From NCBI GenBank assembly GCA_038217285.1, contig JBBQPO010000015.1, positions 1 to 46,323 of the forward strand: a stretch of DNA of 46,323 nucleotides, in the 5' to 3' direction. A program made the translations under genes and the position numbers. Positions 17,836 through 27,721 of this stretch are shown piece after piece (position 1 is the stretch's first letter; the number at the start of each line of letters is the position of its first letter). Below the pieces are notes generated by a model, which saw only the letters and a list, made by a program, of their open reading frames with translations, was not told the origin of the DNA and did not search any database. The stretch comes from Chthonomonadales bacterium. Its GTDB lineage: Bacteria > Armatimonadota > Chthonomonadetes > Chthonomonadales > Chthonomonadaceae.

Positions 17836-18654
17836 TCAGCGAGATTTTCCGGAGAAACGTCGGAGCATCTTCTCGAGGAAGCCGCTCTTCTCGTCCAGGT
17901 CCAGGAACGGAACCTCTTCTCCACGCAGGCGGCGGGCGATGTTGCGATAGGCTTTGCCCGCCATACTGGTGTCCGACATGACCGCAGGCTCCCCGTGGTT
18001 CGTCGAGGTGATGATCACCTCATCGTCGGGAACGACGCCGATCAGTTTGACGGAGCTACCCAGCACCTCCTGCACATCCTCTACGCTGAGCATCTCCTGG
18101 TTTTTGACCATACGCATGCGGATCCGGTTGACGATCAGCATCGGGTTGCACAGCTCCTGCGCCTCCAGCAGGCCGATGATGCGGTCGGAATCACGCACGG
18201 AGGCCATCTCCGGGTTGGTGACGACGATCGCTTCGGTGGCGCCTGCGGTGGCGTTCTTGAAGCCTTGCTCGATGCCGGCCGGACAGTCGATCAGGATGAA
18301 GGTGAAGCCCTCTTCCTGGAGATCTGCCACCAACTGCTGCATCTGCCGGGTGGTGACCGCGCTCTTGTCGCGGGTCTGCGCAGCGGGCAGCAGCGAGAGG
18401 TTCTGGTTCCGCTTGTCCTTGATCAGGGCTTGCCGGAGTTTGGCGCGGCCCTCGACCACATCCACGATATCGTAGACGATGCGGTTTTCGAGGCCCAGCG
18501 CGAGATCGAGGTTGCGGAGGCCGATATCGGCGTCCATCACCGCGACCTTCTCTCCCATCGCTGCCAGTGCGACTCCCAGGTTCGCGGTCGTTGTGGTCTT
18601 GCCGACGCCGCCTTTTCCCGAAGTTATGACGATCACCCTGCCGGTAGTGGACAT
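17836..18654 (-). CDS. minD: septum site-determining ATPase MinD
   Basis: ITSGKGGVGKTTTTAN, DADIGLRNLD, IDCPAGIEQGF, C-terminal amphipathic helix. Confidence 0.97.
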   Translation of the reverse strand: MSTTGRVIVITSGKGGVGKTTTTANLGVALAAMGEKVAVMDADIGLRNLDLALGLENRIVYDIVDVVEGRAKLRQALIKDKRNQNLSLLPAAQTRDKSAVTTRQMQQLVADLQEEGFTFILIDCPAGIEQGFKNATAGATEAIVVTNPEMASVRDSDRIIGLLEAQELCNPMLIVNRIRMRMVKNQEMLSVEDVQEVLGSSVKLIGVVPDDEVIITSTNHGEPAVMSDTSMAGKAYRNIARRLRGEEVPFLDLDEKSGFLEKMLRRFSGKSR

Positions 18655-18749
18655 AAAAGAACGACTCTCCTCATGCGAACGATAGACGGTGCGCGGCGAG
18701 GCCGCGACAGACGCTTAGTATAGCATAAACCTTTGTAAAAAAGCGGGCT

Positions 18750-19517
18750 TTACTCGACGCCGCGCGGATCCGCCAGCGGATCGACGCCGCGCAGGATCAT
18801 CCCCTGGCCCCGGCTCTCGTGAGTCTTGATGGTGGGCGTATCTTCCGGGTCGCGCATCTGGATGAGCACGGTGGTGCGCGCCTCCTGGCTGACGTTGATG
18901 CCTGAGCCGTGAATGGTGAGGTAGGAGAAGAAGAGCGCATCGCCCGGCTCCGCCTCGCAGGGCACCGCCGACTCGATGGGATAGTCCGCGAACGGCAGAT
19001 GCCAGCCGCCCTCGGAGCTATGCTCCAGGATGCCGAGCTTATGGCTGCCGGGCACGACGCGCACGCAGCCCTTCTCGATAGGCGCGGAGTCGAAATGAAT
19101 GATGGCCGCAATCATGCTGTGGCGGTCGTGCGGGAAGTAGGGCGCATCCTGATGCATGGGGAACGGGGAGCCCTTCTCCGGCGGCTTGATGAACATCTTG
19201 GTATGGTGCAACTGCACGTTGGGGGAGCCGATGATGTCGGACGCGACGGCGGTCATCCGGTCGTCCACCAGGAGCTTCGAGAAGGCTGCGGAGAAGAACT
19301 GCACGTTGTGGCAGTGCATGATCTTGGTATCTTTTGCGCCCGGAACCGCCTCCCGCGCACTGCCCCAGGTAGCGTCCATGTTCTTGTGTGCGCTCAGCCG
19401 CGCCGCCAGCGCGTGCGTCTCCGCCCGATAGGCCGCAGCCTCTTCCGGCCGGAGCAGTCCCTTCACCAGAACATAGCCGTTCTCGCGGTAAAACTCTCTC
19501 TGTTCCTGACTCAGCAT
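18750..19517 (-). CDS. phytanoyl-CoA dioxygenase (PhyH) family protein
   Basis: MLSQEQREFYRENGY, HQDAPY (HxD), GCVRVVPGSH, IHGSGIN. Confidence 0.92.
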   Translation of the reverse strand: MLSQEQREFYRENGYVLVKGLLRPEEAAAYRAETHALAARLSAHKNMDATWGSAREAVPGAKDTKIMHCHNVQFFSAAFSKLLVDDRMTAVASDIIGSPNVQLHHTKMFIKPPEKGSPFPMHQDAPYFPHDRHSMIAAIIHFDSAPIEKGCVRVVPGSHKLGILEHSSEGGWHLPFADYPIESAVPCEAEPGDALFFSYLTIHGSGINVSQEARTTVLIQMRDPEDTPTIKTHESRGQGMILRGVDPLADPRGVE

Positions 19518-19660
19518 CGCTTTACTCTCCCACATCGACAATGATGGTTCAGTATACCCCACCGGCAGGACAGGACCGGAGGAAAGCGCCGCATTCGCAA
19601 CGAAACAGAGAGGAGATTGCGGTTTCAAAGAAGTTGGCGTAAAGAAGAGGTGGAGGAACT

Positions 19661-21265
19661 ATGAGCGCGGAGACAGAGTTGCGGGCATTTATCGAGAGGC
19701 ATGTCGCGGCGGTGGCGCCGCTAAGTCGGGAGATGGGACTGGCGGAATGGGAGATGCAGACCACCAGCAGCCCCGAGGCGACCGAGCGTGTCGCGACCCT
19801 GCGCGAACGTTTTACCAATCTCTACGCCAATCCGGAAGAGTATGCCTTTCTGCAAGGTCTGACCGGGCAAGCGTTCGACGATCCTTCCCTGGCGCGGCAG
19901 CATCTGCTCTTACGCAATGCTTACCTCGGCAATCAGATCGCACCGGACGTCATCGCGGAGATGATCGCGCTCGAAGTGGGGATCGAGGAGACGTTCAACA
20001 CCTTTCGCGCTACGGTAGGCGGCGAAGAGGTCAGCGACAATACGCTTGATGAGATCCTGTTGACCTCCCACGATACCGCCCTCCGCCGCGAAGCCTGGGA
20101 GGCGAGTCAGGCGGTGGGGGCGGAGGTTTCGGAACGCGTCCTGCAACTGGTACGTCTGCGGAACCGCGAAGCCCGGCGCCTCGGCTTCTCCGACTACTAT
20201 GCGATGAGCCTGGAACTGCAGGAACTGGTCCCGGAGCGCCTGTTCGCGCTGCTCGACGACCTGCAGGCCCGAAGCGAGCCGCTCTGGGACACCTATAAAG
20301 CGGAGTTGGATGCCCACCTCGCCGCGCAGTTCCACACGACGCCCGCAGCCCTCCGGCCCTGGCACTACCACAACCGCTTCTTTCAGGAGCCCGGCCCCGG
20401 TGAGGCCGATCTCGACCGCTTTTTCACCGACAAAGACCTCGAAAAACTGACCGCCGACTTTTTCGCCGCCATCGGCCTGCCTGTGGACGACCTTCTGAAG
20501 ATCGCCGACCTCTACGAGCGTCCGGGGAAGTGTCAGCATGCCTTCTGCACCAACATCGACAGGGCGAACGATGTGCGCGTCCTCTGCAACAATCGCCCCA
20601 ACGAGCACTGGATGAGCACGACCCTGCACGAGTTCGGGCATGCCGTCTACGACAAGTTCCTCGACCCCGCACTGCCCTATCTGCTGCGCGAACCCGCCCA
20701 TATCATGACCACCGAGGCCATCGCGCTCTTCATGGGTCGCTTGACCAAAAACGCCGACTGGCTGGCGACCTATGCCGGTGTCGCCCCTGACGAAGCCGCG
20801 CGTATCGCCGCCGCCGCCCGCCGCGAGACACGCGACCATCTGCTGGTATTCATGCGCTGGTGCTTCGTGATGGCGCATTTCGAACGCGCCCTCTATCGCG
20901 ATTCCGACCAGGACCTGAATACGCTCTGGTGGACGCTGAAGGCGAAATATCAGGGACTTATCCCGCCGGAAGGCCGACATGCTCCCGACTGGGCCGCCAA
21001 GATTCACCTCGCCTCCGCGCCCGTCTACTACCACAACTACCAGCTCGGCGAGATGGTCGCCTCGCAACTGCTCCACCATCTCTCTACCAGGGTTCTGGCG
21101 GGCGAGCCGGCCGCCGCGCTCATCGCCAGCCCGAAGGTTGGCGCCTATATGGAGACCGAACTGTTCCGCCCCGGCGCTATGGCTCCCTGGGAAGCGTGGC
21201 TGGAACACGCCACCGGGGAAGCCCTCAATCCTGGCTACTTCGTCGAACAGTTGGAGAGCCTCTGA
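19661..21265 (+). CDS. M3/M2-type zinc metallopeptidase (oligoendopeptidase-like)
   Basis: TLHEFGHAVY motif, TEAIA, YYHNYQLG. Confidence 0.88.
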   Translation: MSAETELRAFIERHVAAVAPLSREMGLAEWEMQTTSSPEATERVATLRERFTNLYANPEEYAFLQGLTGQAFDDPSLARQHLLLRNAYLGNQIAPDVIAEMIALEVGIEETFNTFRATVGGEEVSDNTLDEILLTSHDTALRREAWEASQAVGAEVSERVLQLVRLRNREARRLGFSDYYAMSLELQELVPERLFALLDDLQARSEPLWDTYKAELDAHLAAQFHTTPAALRPWHYHNRFFQEPGPGEADLDRFFTDKDLEKLTADFFAAIGLPVDDLLKIADLYERPGKCQHAFCTNIDRANDVRVLCNNRPNEHWMSTTLHEFGHAVYDKFLDPALPYLLREPAHIMTTEAIALFMGRLTKNADWLATYAGVAPDEAARIAAAARRETRDHLLVFMRWCFVMAHFERALYRDSDQDLNTLWWTLKAKYQGLIPPEGRHAPDWAAKIHLASAPVYYHNYQLGEMVASQLLHHLSTRVLAGEPAAALIASPKVGAYMETELFRPGAMAPWEAWLEHATGEALNPGYFVEQLESL

Positions 21266-21270
21266 GCAAT

Positions 21271-22167
21271 ATGGCGAGCGAAACGGATTTTAGCGCACGA
21301 CGTCCCGAACTATGGGAGCGATTACCCGCCCTGCTCGACTACTCCGCGCAGCGTTGGTCGCTGCGAGTGCTGCCCGCCTTTGCAAACCTATCGTACAACT
21401 ACGTCGCGCCGGTCGTTCGTGAGGACGGAACAGAGGCTGTTATCAAGATCGGCCTGCCCGACAAAGAGCTGCAGACAGAGATCGAAGCGCTGCGTGTGTA
21501 CGATGGCGGGCATAGCGTTCGTCTGTTGGACGCCGATCCGGAACGTGGAGTGCTCCTCCTGGAACGTCTGCGCCCCGGTACGGTGCTCACGACGCTCGCC
21601 GACGAAGCCAACGATTCGCGGGCGACCTCCATCGCGGCCACGGTCATGCAGAGATTATGGCGGCCCGTACCGGCCGAGCACGATTTTCCCGACGTGCGCG
21701 ATTGGGCCGCCGGCATGCCAAAGATGCGCGCCCATTTCGGAGGCGGCGTCGGCCCCTTTCCGCTCCGTCTCTTTGAGGAGGCGGAAGCGCTGTTTACGGA
21801 GCTTCTCGCTTCCTCCTCCGCGCCCGTCGTTCTGCACGGCGACCTGCACCATGACAATATCCTTGCCGCAGAGCGCCACGCCTGGATGGCTATCGATCCC
21901 AAAGGTATCGTCGGTGAGCCGGCGTATGAGGTCGGGGCATTGCTGCGCAATCTCTGGCCAGATCGACACATGGTGGTCGATCCAGGACAGTTGCTGGAGC
22001 GTCGGGTCTATCAGATGGCAGAGGAACTGCACATAGACCGGGCGCGAATTCGCGGCTGGGCGGTGGCGCAGGCGGTACTCTCGGCCTGGTGGTGCATTGA
22101 AGACGCCAGCGACGGTTGGGAGGACACCCTCGCCATCGCCGAACTCCTGGCTGCGATTGCGGGTTAG
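21271..22167 (+). CDS. aminoglycoside phosphotransferase / APH(6)-hydroxyurea kinase family protein
   Basis: LSYNYVAPV, LLLERLRPG, LHGDLHHDNIL, AIDPKG. Confidence 0.88.
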   Translation: MASETDFSARRPELWERLPALLDYSAQRWSLRVLPAFANLSYNYVAPVVREDGTEAVIKIGLPDKELQTEIEALRVYDGGHSVRLLDADPERGVLLLERLRPGTVLTTLADEANDSRATSIAATVMQRLWRPVPAEHDFPDVRDWAAGMPKMRAHFGGGVGPFPLRLFEEAEALFTELLASSSAPVVLHGDLHHDNILAAERHAWMAIDPKGIVGEPAYEVGALLRNLWPDRHMVVDPGQLLERRVYQMAEELHIDRARIRGWAVAQAVLSAWWCIEDASDGWEDTLAIAELLAAIAG

Positions 22168-22296
22168 CGCGTCACCCGCCCTTTCGGAGTCTGGTCTTCG
22201 CCTGTCATCAAGCCTCGTTCATATTTCCCCGGCGTTGAAATCCCGGAAACCCTCCGCGCTGAGGCGCCTTTCCAAGAACTCTCTCCGCCAGACCGC

Positions 22297-23424
22297 TCAG
22301 GCCCGTTTGCGGCGGAGGCGGAAACCTGCCCCAGAGACCGCGAGCGCACTCAGAAGGCCCAATGTGCCGGGTTCGGGGGTGGCCGGGTCGTTGGCAGGAG
22401 CGAAGTTGGTGTCAAACTTCAGGTATTTAGACACCGCTTGATTTCCCAGCAGGTAAGCCGACACCGCGTTGGAGTTATAGATGTCCAGAGTATTGCCGGT
22501 CTTGTAGGCAAGATTGTACTTTACGACGCAGTCGAAGCTTGTGGGCGCCCCGTAGGCGCTGGCCAGGCCGCTCGCATAGATGTTGCCGTCCGGGCCGTAA
22601 TCCACGCCGAAGATGCCGTCCAGCTTATGGTCGGTCACTTTGTTGATGTACGTGCCGTTGCTGTTAAAGTGAAAAATCGAACTGTCGACCGTGGAACTGC
22701 GCTTGTTATTTCCGACGAACAAGCTGCCGTCGGCGGCAAAGGCCATTCCGGTGGGATTCGTCAAATTTCCGGTCGCGGCATCGTTCAGTTTGATAAACCC
22801 GGTTTCATTGGTCAGGTCCGCGTTGAACTTGAGGACGCTGTAGGCCGTCCCTCCAACGGTGTAACCGCTGGCATGAGCGTAGCCAGCGGCAAGGATGTAA
22901 CTGCCGTCCGGGCTGACGACGACGTCGTGAATTCCCGTAAGTCCGACCGAAGACGCTATGCTGCCGTCTATCGTATTGATGCGGTAGAGGGTATTGCCGG
23001 CTTCGTCGGGGATGTAGACGTGGTTCGCGTCGCTGGTGATCGCGATTCCGCCGATGCCCGAGTACGTCTTGGTGCCCACGTAGCTGATAAAAGCCCCGTT
23101 GTCCCGGCGGAAACGGGCCAACCGCGGGCCGACACCGCTGACATTGGTGGTCACCAGCAGCGTGTTGTTGGTGCCGTGCACCCCTTCTGTGACATGGTAG
23201 CTTGCGGCGATGAAAGGATCGACATTGTTGGGTGAGTCCGGCAGTTTGCCCTGCGAGGCGGCGAGCGCACTCGACGAGGCATCGAAACGGTGCAGCACGC
23301 CGCTGCCGTAATCGCCGACATAGAGGAAGTTATCCGCCTGAGAGGGGGTGGAAAGCCCGGCCATCAGACCGGTCAGAGCCACGATCATAGTCGCGGAGAA
23401 GTAGTTTGAGAGGCGCATAATCAT
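22297..23424 (-). CDS. PEP-CTERM sorting-domain protein with beta-propeller-like repeats
   Basis: Signal peptide; PTGMAFAADGSLFV and GVDYGPDGNIY repeats; C-terminal TPEPGTLGLL...RLRRKRA. Confidence 0.88.
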   Translation of the reverse strand: MIMRLSNYFSATMIVALTGLMAGLSTPSQADNFLYVGDYGSGVLHRFDASSSALAASQGKLPDSPNNVDPFIAASYHVTEGVHGTNNTLLVTTNVSGVGPRLARFRRDNGAFISYVGTKTYSGIGGIAITSDANHVYIPDEAGNTLYRINTIDGSIASSVGLTGIHDVVVSPDGSYILAAGYAHASGYTVGGTAYSVLKFNADLTNETGFIKLNDAATGNLTNPTGMAFAADGSLFVGNNKRSSTVDSSIFHFNSNGTYINKVTDHKLDGIFGVDYGPDGNIYASGLASAYGAPTSFDCVVKYNLAYKTGNTLDIYNSNAVSAYLLGNQAVSKYLKFDTNFAPANDPATPEPGTLGLLSALAVSGAGFRLRRKRA

Positions 23425-23746
23425 CCTTTAGGAGAAACGTTAAATGGCGTTGTCGACTGAGGACGGTACCATCATGGGGCCTGCCTCCACAAATATTCTA
23501 CCTGATAAACGACCGTTGAACATCTGCCAATCGGCACATTTAGCGCTGATCGTGCAAACATGTAGCGTCATCAATTTTTCGGAGTTGCTTTGGTTTGCAC
23601 CTACAACCACGATCCGAAAGCCCTATTCTCATTCAGGATGCGCCACCCGTTTTGGCGAAGGTATTGGATGAAGTGTGGGTTTTTTACACGAATCCTTACC
23701 GCCCCCTGGTACGCCACGGACGCTGTTGTACCCCGTTTAGAGCCGA

Positions 23747-26011
23747 TCAGGTGAACGTGATGTGATCGACCGGAGATTGATCCAGAATTTTCTTGAGGCC
23801 ATCTATGGCATTCTGAATGCTGCCAGACGATACAGATTGGGCCTCCGTTCGGAAGAGGAAAACCGTTCCATTTCCCAGATTGTAGTACTTTGACGCTCCG
23901 CCTTGATAGAAGTAAGAAATAAAGGTAATATCCGAATCGAAGAGCGGCGCACCGCGATCGTAGTCCGTATGATACAGCGCTCCTGCAGTGCCTCCGGTGA
24001 TAAATGCTTCCGCAAGCGTCCACGCTCGCGTCGGCACCGAGAAGACGTAGCCGGCGTAGATATTATACGTGCCGTCAAACTGGCCGTTTTTGTAATTCAT
24101 CGTGTTGACGAATTTCTGCGTGACAGTGCCGGTGAAGCTGCCGCTCGTCGTTTGGAGGGTGATGATCGCCTGCGCTTTACCGATTTCAGACGTGCTGCCA
24201 TCCGGCGCTTTCAGCACTGCAGTCACCATTACCGTGATAGCCGATTGGTCCGAAGTCGTCGTGACAAGATCGACCGAAGTCGATGTGGTATGAATGGCAT
24301 TGCCAACAATACCGTCACTTGAAGAAAGCGTCGATGTCGTTCCATTTTGTGTCCAGCTATACGTAATAATGCCCGTGAGCCCTGCGGGCGGTTTGACAGT
24401 AAACGACACTCTCGCCCCAGGCGTGATCGTTGCTGCGGTCGGAGAGAGAATCAGCGTCGGCGCGGTGAGTGTCGCCGCCCACAAATCGCCTTGATTTGAG
24501 GCTTGCAGGTTGGCAGCGACGGCAGCCATATCCCCGACACCCAGCGCCCCGAACGCGGCAACGACAACGTTGACAAATACCCGAAGCGCCACCCCGACAT
24601 AGGTCTTGAAAGTGGCTCTCTGCACCGCGAGCGCGGCTGCCGCCTCGGCGCTTCCAATGACTTTGAGCAGCGCGCTGAAACACGCATTGGCGACAAGATC
24701 ATCGGTTACGATCGCTTCCATACCCAGCCGAGCCGCTGCCCCGAACAGACCCTGCTGCGCGCGAGCGATGGCTGTCTGCCATGCAGCATTTTCGAGCGCG
24801 GTCAGGGAGAGAATGGCCGCTTCGATGGCAGCATCGTTGATAATGATGTCCTTGATGCCCACCGCATCGAGCAGCAGCGAGAAAAGTATGTCGACAAACC
24901 AGGCTTTGAGCGTCAGGGTCTTGACGGTCGCGCGCCATCCGACCACCTCGTTGGCATAGCGCGACGCGGCGAAGAAACTCGGCTCGTCCTGTGAAAACGC
25001 AGAACCCAATACGATAATATCGAAGAAGGTTTTCTTCGTCGCCGGATCGAGCGCCAGAGGTATCACTGGACTTGAAACCGGTGAGTAAGGCGCGGAGCTT
25101 TTCAAAAGGTCGCTGAGCGCAGTGAACAGGGAAAGGTTCTGTGTGGAGAGTACCGAAATCGGAGCGTTTGCCGCCACGGCGAGCGGGAGGTCGTGTTGTA
25201 CATCCGTGAGATCGACGGTTCCCGTTTTATACGTATAGAATTTGGTGTAGCGTCGGAAGTGGTTGACTCCCACGAAACCGACGCTGGCGATGTCCTGATT
25301 GACCTCGAACCCGCTCTGCTGTCCAGAAGGAGAAATCTGCAGCAGGGGCGGGACAGTGGCGCGAGTTCCGGCAGACGCATTTGCTCCTGTAGGTCGATAA
25401 GCCGCTTTGCCGCCCCCTTTGATGGTACCGACAGCCACTTTCAAGGCGGCAGCGATCTGAGCGTCACTTTTATCAAGAGCGAATGAGTCTGCCAGCACGC
25501 GCTGTTCAATAACTTGTGACAGCGTGACCGTCGCGGAGTTCTGCTGAATCAGAGTGACGACTTCACTACGGGCACTTTCAGGAATCGAGTACGCATCCAG
25601 AGCAAAGTAGACCAGTGCCGTTGCTGAGGAGAGTGCGCCAAGGGTAACGGATTTCGATCTGGGATCGACAAATCCAGTGAAGAGCGCCTGCCCTGTTGCG
25701 TCCTGAACATAGACCAGCGAGGGTCCGGTATCGAGGCATTTTGCATTAAATGTCTGGTCCGACTTGACAACGCTCGATCCCAGGCCATTCGAAACGTTCA
25801 GACTGCCGACATTCGCTTTGAACCCGGTAGGGTAGAGCAGTTGACCTGATACGGAACGGATCCTGCCCCCGTTGACAGCGCCACTTCCGCCGCCGCATCC
25901 AGTGAGCGCGAGAGCGCTGGCGGAGAGCAACGCACCACTCGCCGCGACAAGGAATTCCCGGCGTCCCCACAAGAGTTGTCGTAGTCTATCTGTATCCGCT
26001 ACTCTATCCAT
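23747..26011 (-). CDS. large hypothetical Tat-lipoprotein
   Basis: GRREFL twin-arginine motif then LTG-C lipobox; long Ala-rich hydrophobic helical middle; Ig-like Thr/Ser-rich C-terminal part. Confidence 0.7.
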   Translation of the reverse strand: MDRVADTDRLRQLLWGRREFLVAASGALLSASALALTGCGGGSGAVNGGRIRSVSGQLLYPTGFKANVGSLNVSNGLGSSVVKSDQTFNAKCLDTGPSLVYVQDATGQALFTGFVDPRSKSVTLGALSSATALVYFALDAYSIPESARSEVVTLIQQNSATVTLSQVIEQRVLADSFALDKSDAQIAAALKVAVGTIKGGGKAAYRPTGANASAGTRATVPPLLQISPSGQQSGFEVNQDIASVGFVGVNHFRRYTKFYTYKTGTVDLTDVQHDLPLAVAANAPISVLSTQNLSLFTALSDLLKSSAPYSPVSSPVIPLALDPATKKTFFDIIVLGSAFSQDEPSFFAASRYANEVVGWRATVKTLTLKAWFVDILFSLLLDAVGIKDIIINDAAIEAAILSLTALENAAWQTAIARAQQGLFGAAARLGMEAIVTDDLVANACFSALLKVIGSAEAAAALAVQRATFKTYVGVALRVFVNVVVAAFGALGVGDMAAVAANLQASNQGDLWAATLTAPTLILSPTAATITPGARVSFTVKPPAGLTGIITYSWTQNGTTSTLSSSDGIVGNAIHTTSTSVDLVTTTSDQSAITVMVTAVLKAPDGSTSEIGKAQAIITLQTTSGSFTGTVTQKFVNTMNYKNGQFDGTYNIYAGYVFSVPTRAWTLAEAFITGGTAGALYHTDYDRGAPLFDSDITFISYFYQGGASKYYNLGNGTVFLFRTEAQSVSSGSIQNAIDGLKKILDQSPVDHITFT

Positions 26012-26228
26012 GCCATTCCCTCCGGAGATATGAAAAGTGATTGTCACCGACGCAGATCGTAGCGGTGTTTCAAAGTCGACGGTTTTCATCAACCTGTAAG
26101 TAAGGAACCGCCAAACTATTATCGCTCCACAATTCCGCCTCGGTTGAGTTCAGAAGGGGCTCGAATGTGGAGCGGTAATTCTTGGGAGTTGCCTAACTAT
26201 CTCACCTTACGCAGGCGAACATTTTAAT

Positions 26229-26332
26229 CTGACTTAGCTTGCCCTTGTTGGCGGTAAAATACCGTCATGGACACACAAATTCTCGACATCTATACCGACT
26301 ACCTGATAGGAAGACGGGGAAGAACGCAATAA
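26229..26332 (+). mobile_element. IS701-family-like transposase 5' stub
   Basis: ATG 26267 MDTQILDIYTDYLI resembles the IS701 transposase N-terminus, then ends after 21 codons; preceded by CTGACTTAG end-like sequence. Confidence 0.4.
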
Positions 26333-26440
26333 GTTCCCGCAAAAAAAGGAGTCATGGCTCTCGTTGTCTAACAGCGAGAGAGCAGGGAGAGCCGTTCGTC
26401 CGGCCTTCTTTTTAGCAGCCGTTGGTGGAAAGGTGGAACG

Positions 26441-27622
26441 ATGCGATATCGTCGATTTGGGCGCACGGAGCTTTCGATGCCGGTGTTTTCGTGCGGGGGA
26501 ATGCGTTATCAGTTCAAGTGGCAGGATGTGCCGCCGGAAGAGATCCCGGCGGAGGGGCAGGCCAATCTGGAGGCGACGATTCACCGTGCTCTGGAGCTTG
26601 GAATCAATCATATCGAGACGGCGCGTGGCTATGGGTCGAGCGAGATGCAGTTGGGCCGTGTGCTGCCGGCGGTGCCGCGTGAACGCCTGATCGTGCAGAC
26701 CAAGGTCTCTCCGCGCGAGTCGGCGCAGGAGTTCCGGGAGACCTTCGAGCAGTCCCTGAACTACCTCGGCCTGGAGCATGTCGATCTGCTGGCGTTTCAT
26801 GGCCTGAATCTGGACGAGCATATCGACTGGATTCTGCGCCCCGGTGGGTGTATGGAGGTCGTGCGGGAGTTGCAGCGCGATGGTCGTGTGCGATTCATAG
26901 GGTTCTCGACGCATGGCCCGTGCAGCGTCATCACGAAGGCGATCGAGACGGGTGAATTCGACTATATAAACCTGCACTGGTACTTCGTCAACGATACGAA
27001 CTGGCCGGCCATCGAGGCGGCGGCGCGGCAGGACATGGGCGTCTTCATCATCTCGCCGAGCGACAAGGGCGGGCGGCTCTACGATCCGCCCGCGAAACTG
27101 AAAACACTGTGCGAACCGCTCTCCGCCATGCAGTTCAACGATCTCTACTGTCTGGCACGCCCGCAGGTGCATACGCTCAGCATCGGCGCTGCCCGTCCGA
27201 CCGATTTCGACGATCATATCGGCGCACTCGCCTACTACGACCGGATCCCGGAAGTACTGCCGCCCATCGAGGCGCGCGTTCGTGCTGAGATCGCGCGCGT
27301 GGTGGGAGCGGACTGGGCGGACCACTGGACCGAGGGCATTCCGGAACACTATCATATACCGGGCGAGATGAATGTACTGGACATTCTGCGCCTCTGGATG
27401 TTTACCAAGTCACTTGATCTGGAGGTCTGGGCCCGCAGCCGCTATAACCTACTCGGCCATGCCGACCACTGGTGCCCCGGAGACAATGCCGGAGAGTTCG
27501 ACGAGGCCGCGCTCCTTGCTGCCCTCTCGAAAAGCCCCTTCGCCGCCCGCATTCCCGGCATCCTGCGCGAAGCCCATACCCTCCTCGGAGGTGAAGCACA
27601 GAAGCGGCAGAGCGAGAGTTAA
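26441..27622 (+). CDS. aldo/keto reductase
   Basis: MRYRRFGRTEL, GINHIETARGYG, IVQTKV, IGFSTHG. Confidence 0.92.
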   Translation: MRYRRFGRTELSMPVFSCGGMRYQFKWQDVPPEEIPAEGQANLEATIHRALELGINHIETARGYGSSEMQLGRVLPAVPRERLIVQTKVSPRESAQEFRETFEQSLNYLGLEHVDLLAFHGLNLDEHIDWILRPGGCMEVVRELQRDGRVRFIGFSTHGPCSVITKAIETGEFDYINLHWYFVNDTNWPAIEAAARQDMGVFIISPSDKGGRLYDPPAKLKTLCEPLSAMQFNDLYCLARPQVHTLSIGAARPTDFDDHIGALAYYDRIPEVLPPIEARVRAEIARVVGADWADHWTEGIPEHYHIPGEMNVLDILRLWMFTKSLDLEVWARSRYNLLGHADHWCPGDNAGEFDEAALLAALSKSPFAARIPGILREAHTLLGGEAQKRQSES

Positions 27623-27721
27623 TCGCGTGTCGGGCTGTTTGCAGCAGACGCCCGGCCCCGCTTGCCAGGGCTGGAGCTTTCGTGTACACTGACGGTAACA
27701 CAATGCGAGGTGATTTTCGGA

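Noticed and set aside
21271-22167. Bona fide streptomycin resistance gene
   Set aside because: Only family-level APH(6)-like motifs, chromosomal context next to a peptidase, and no mobile-element association; substrate unknown.
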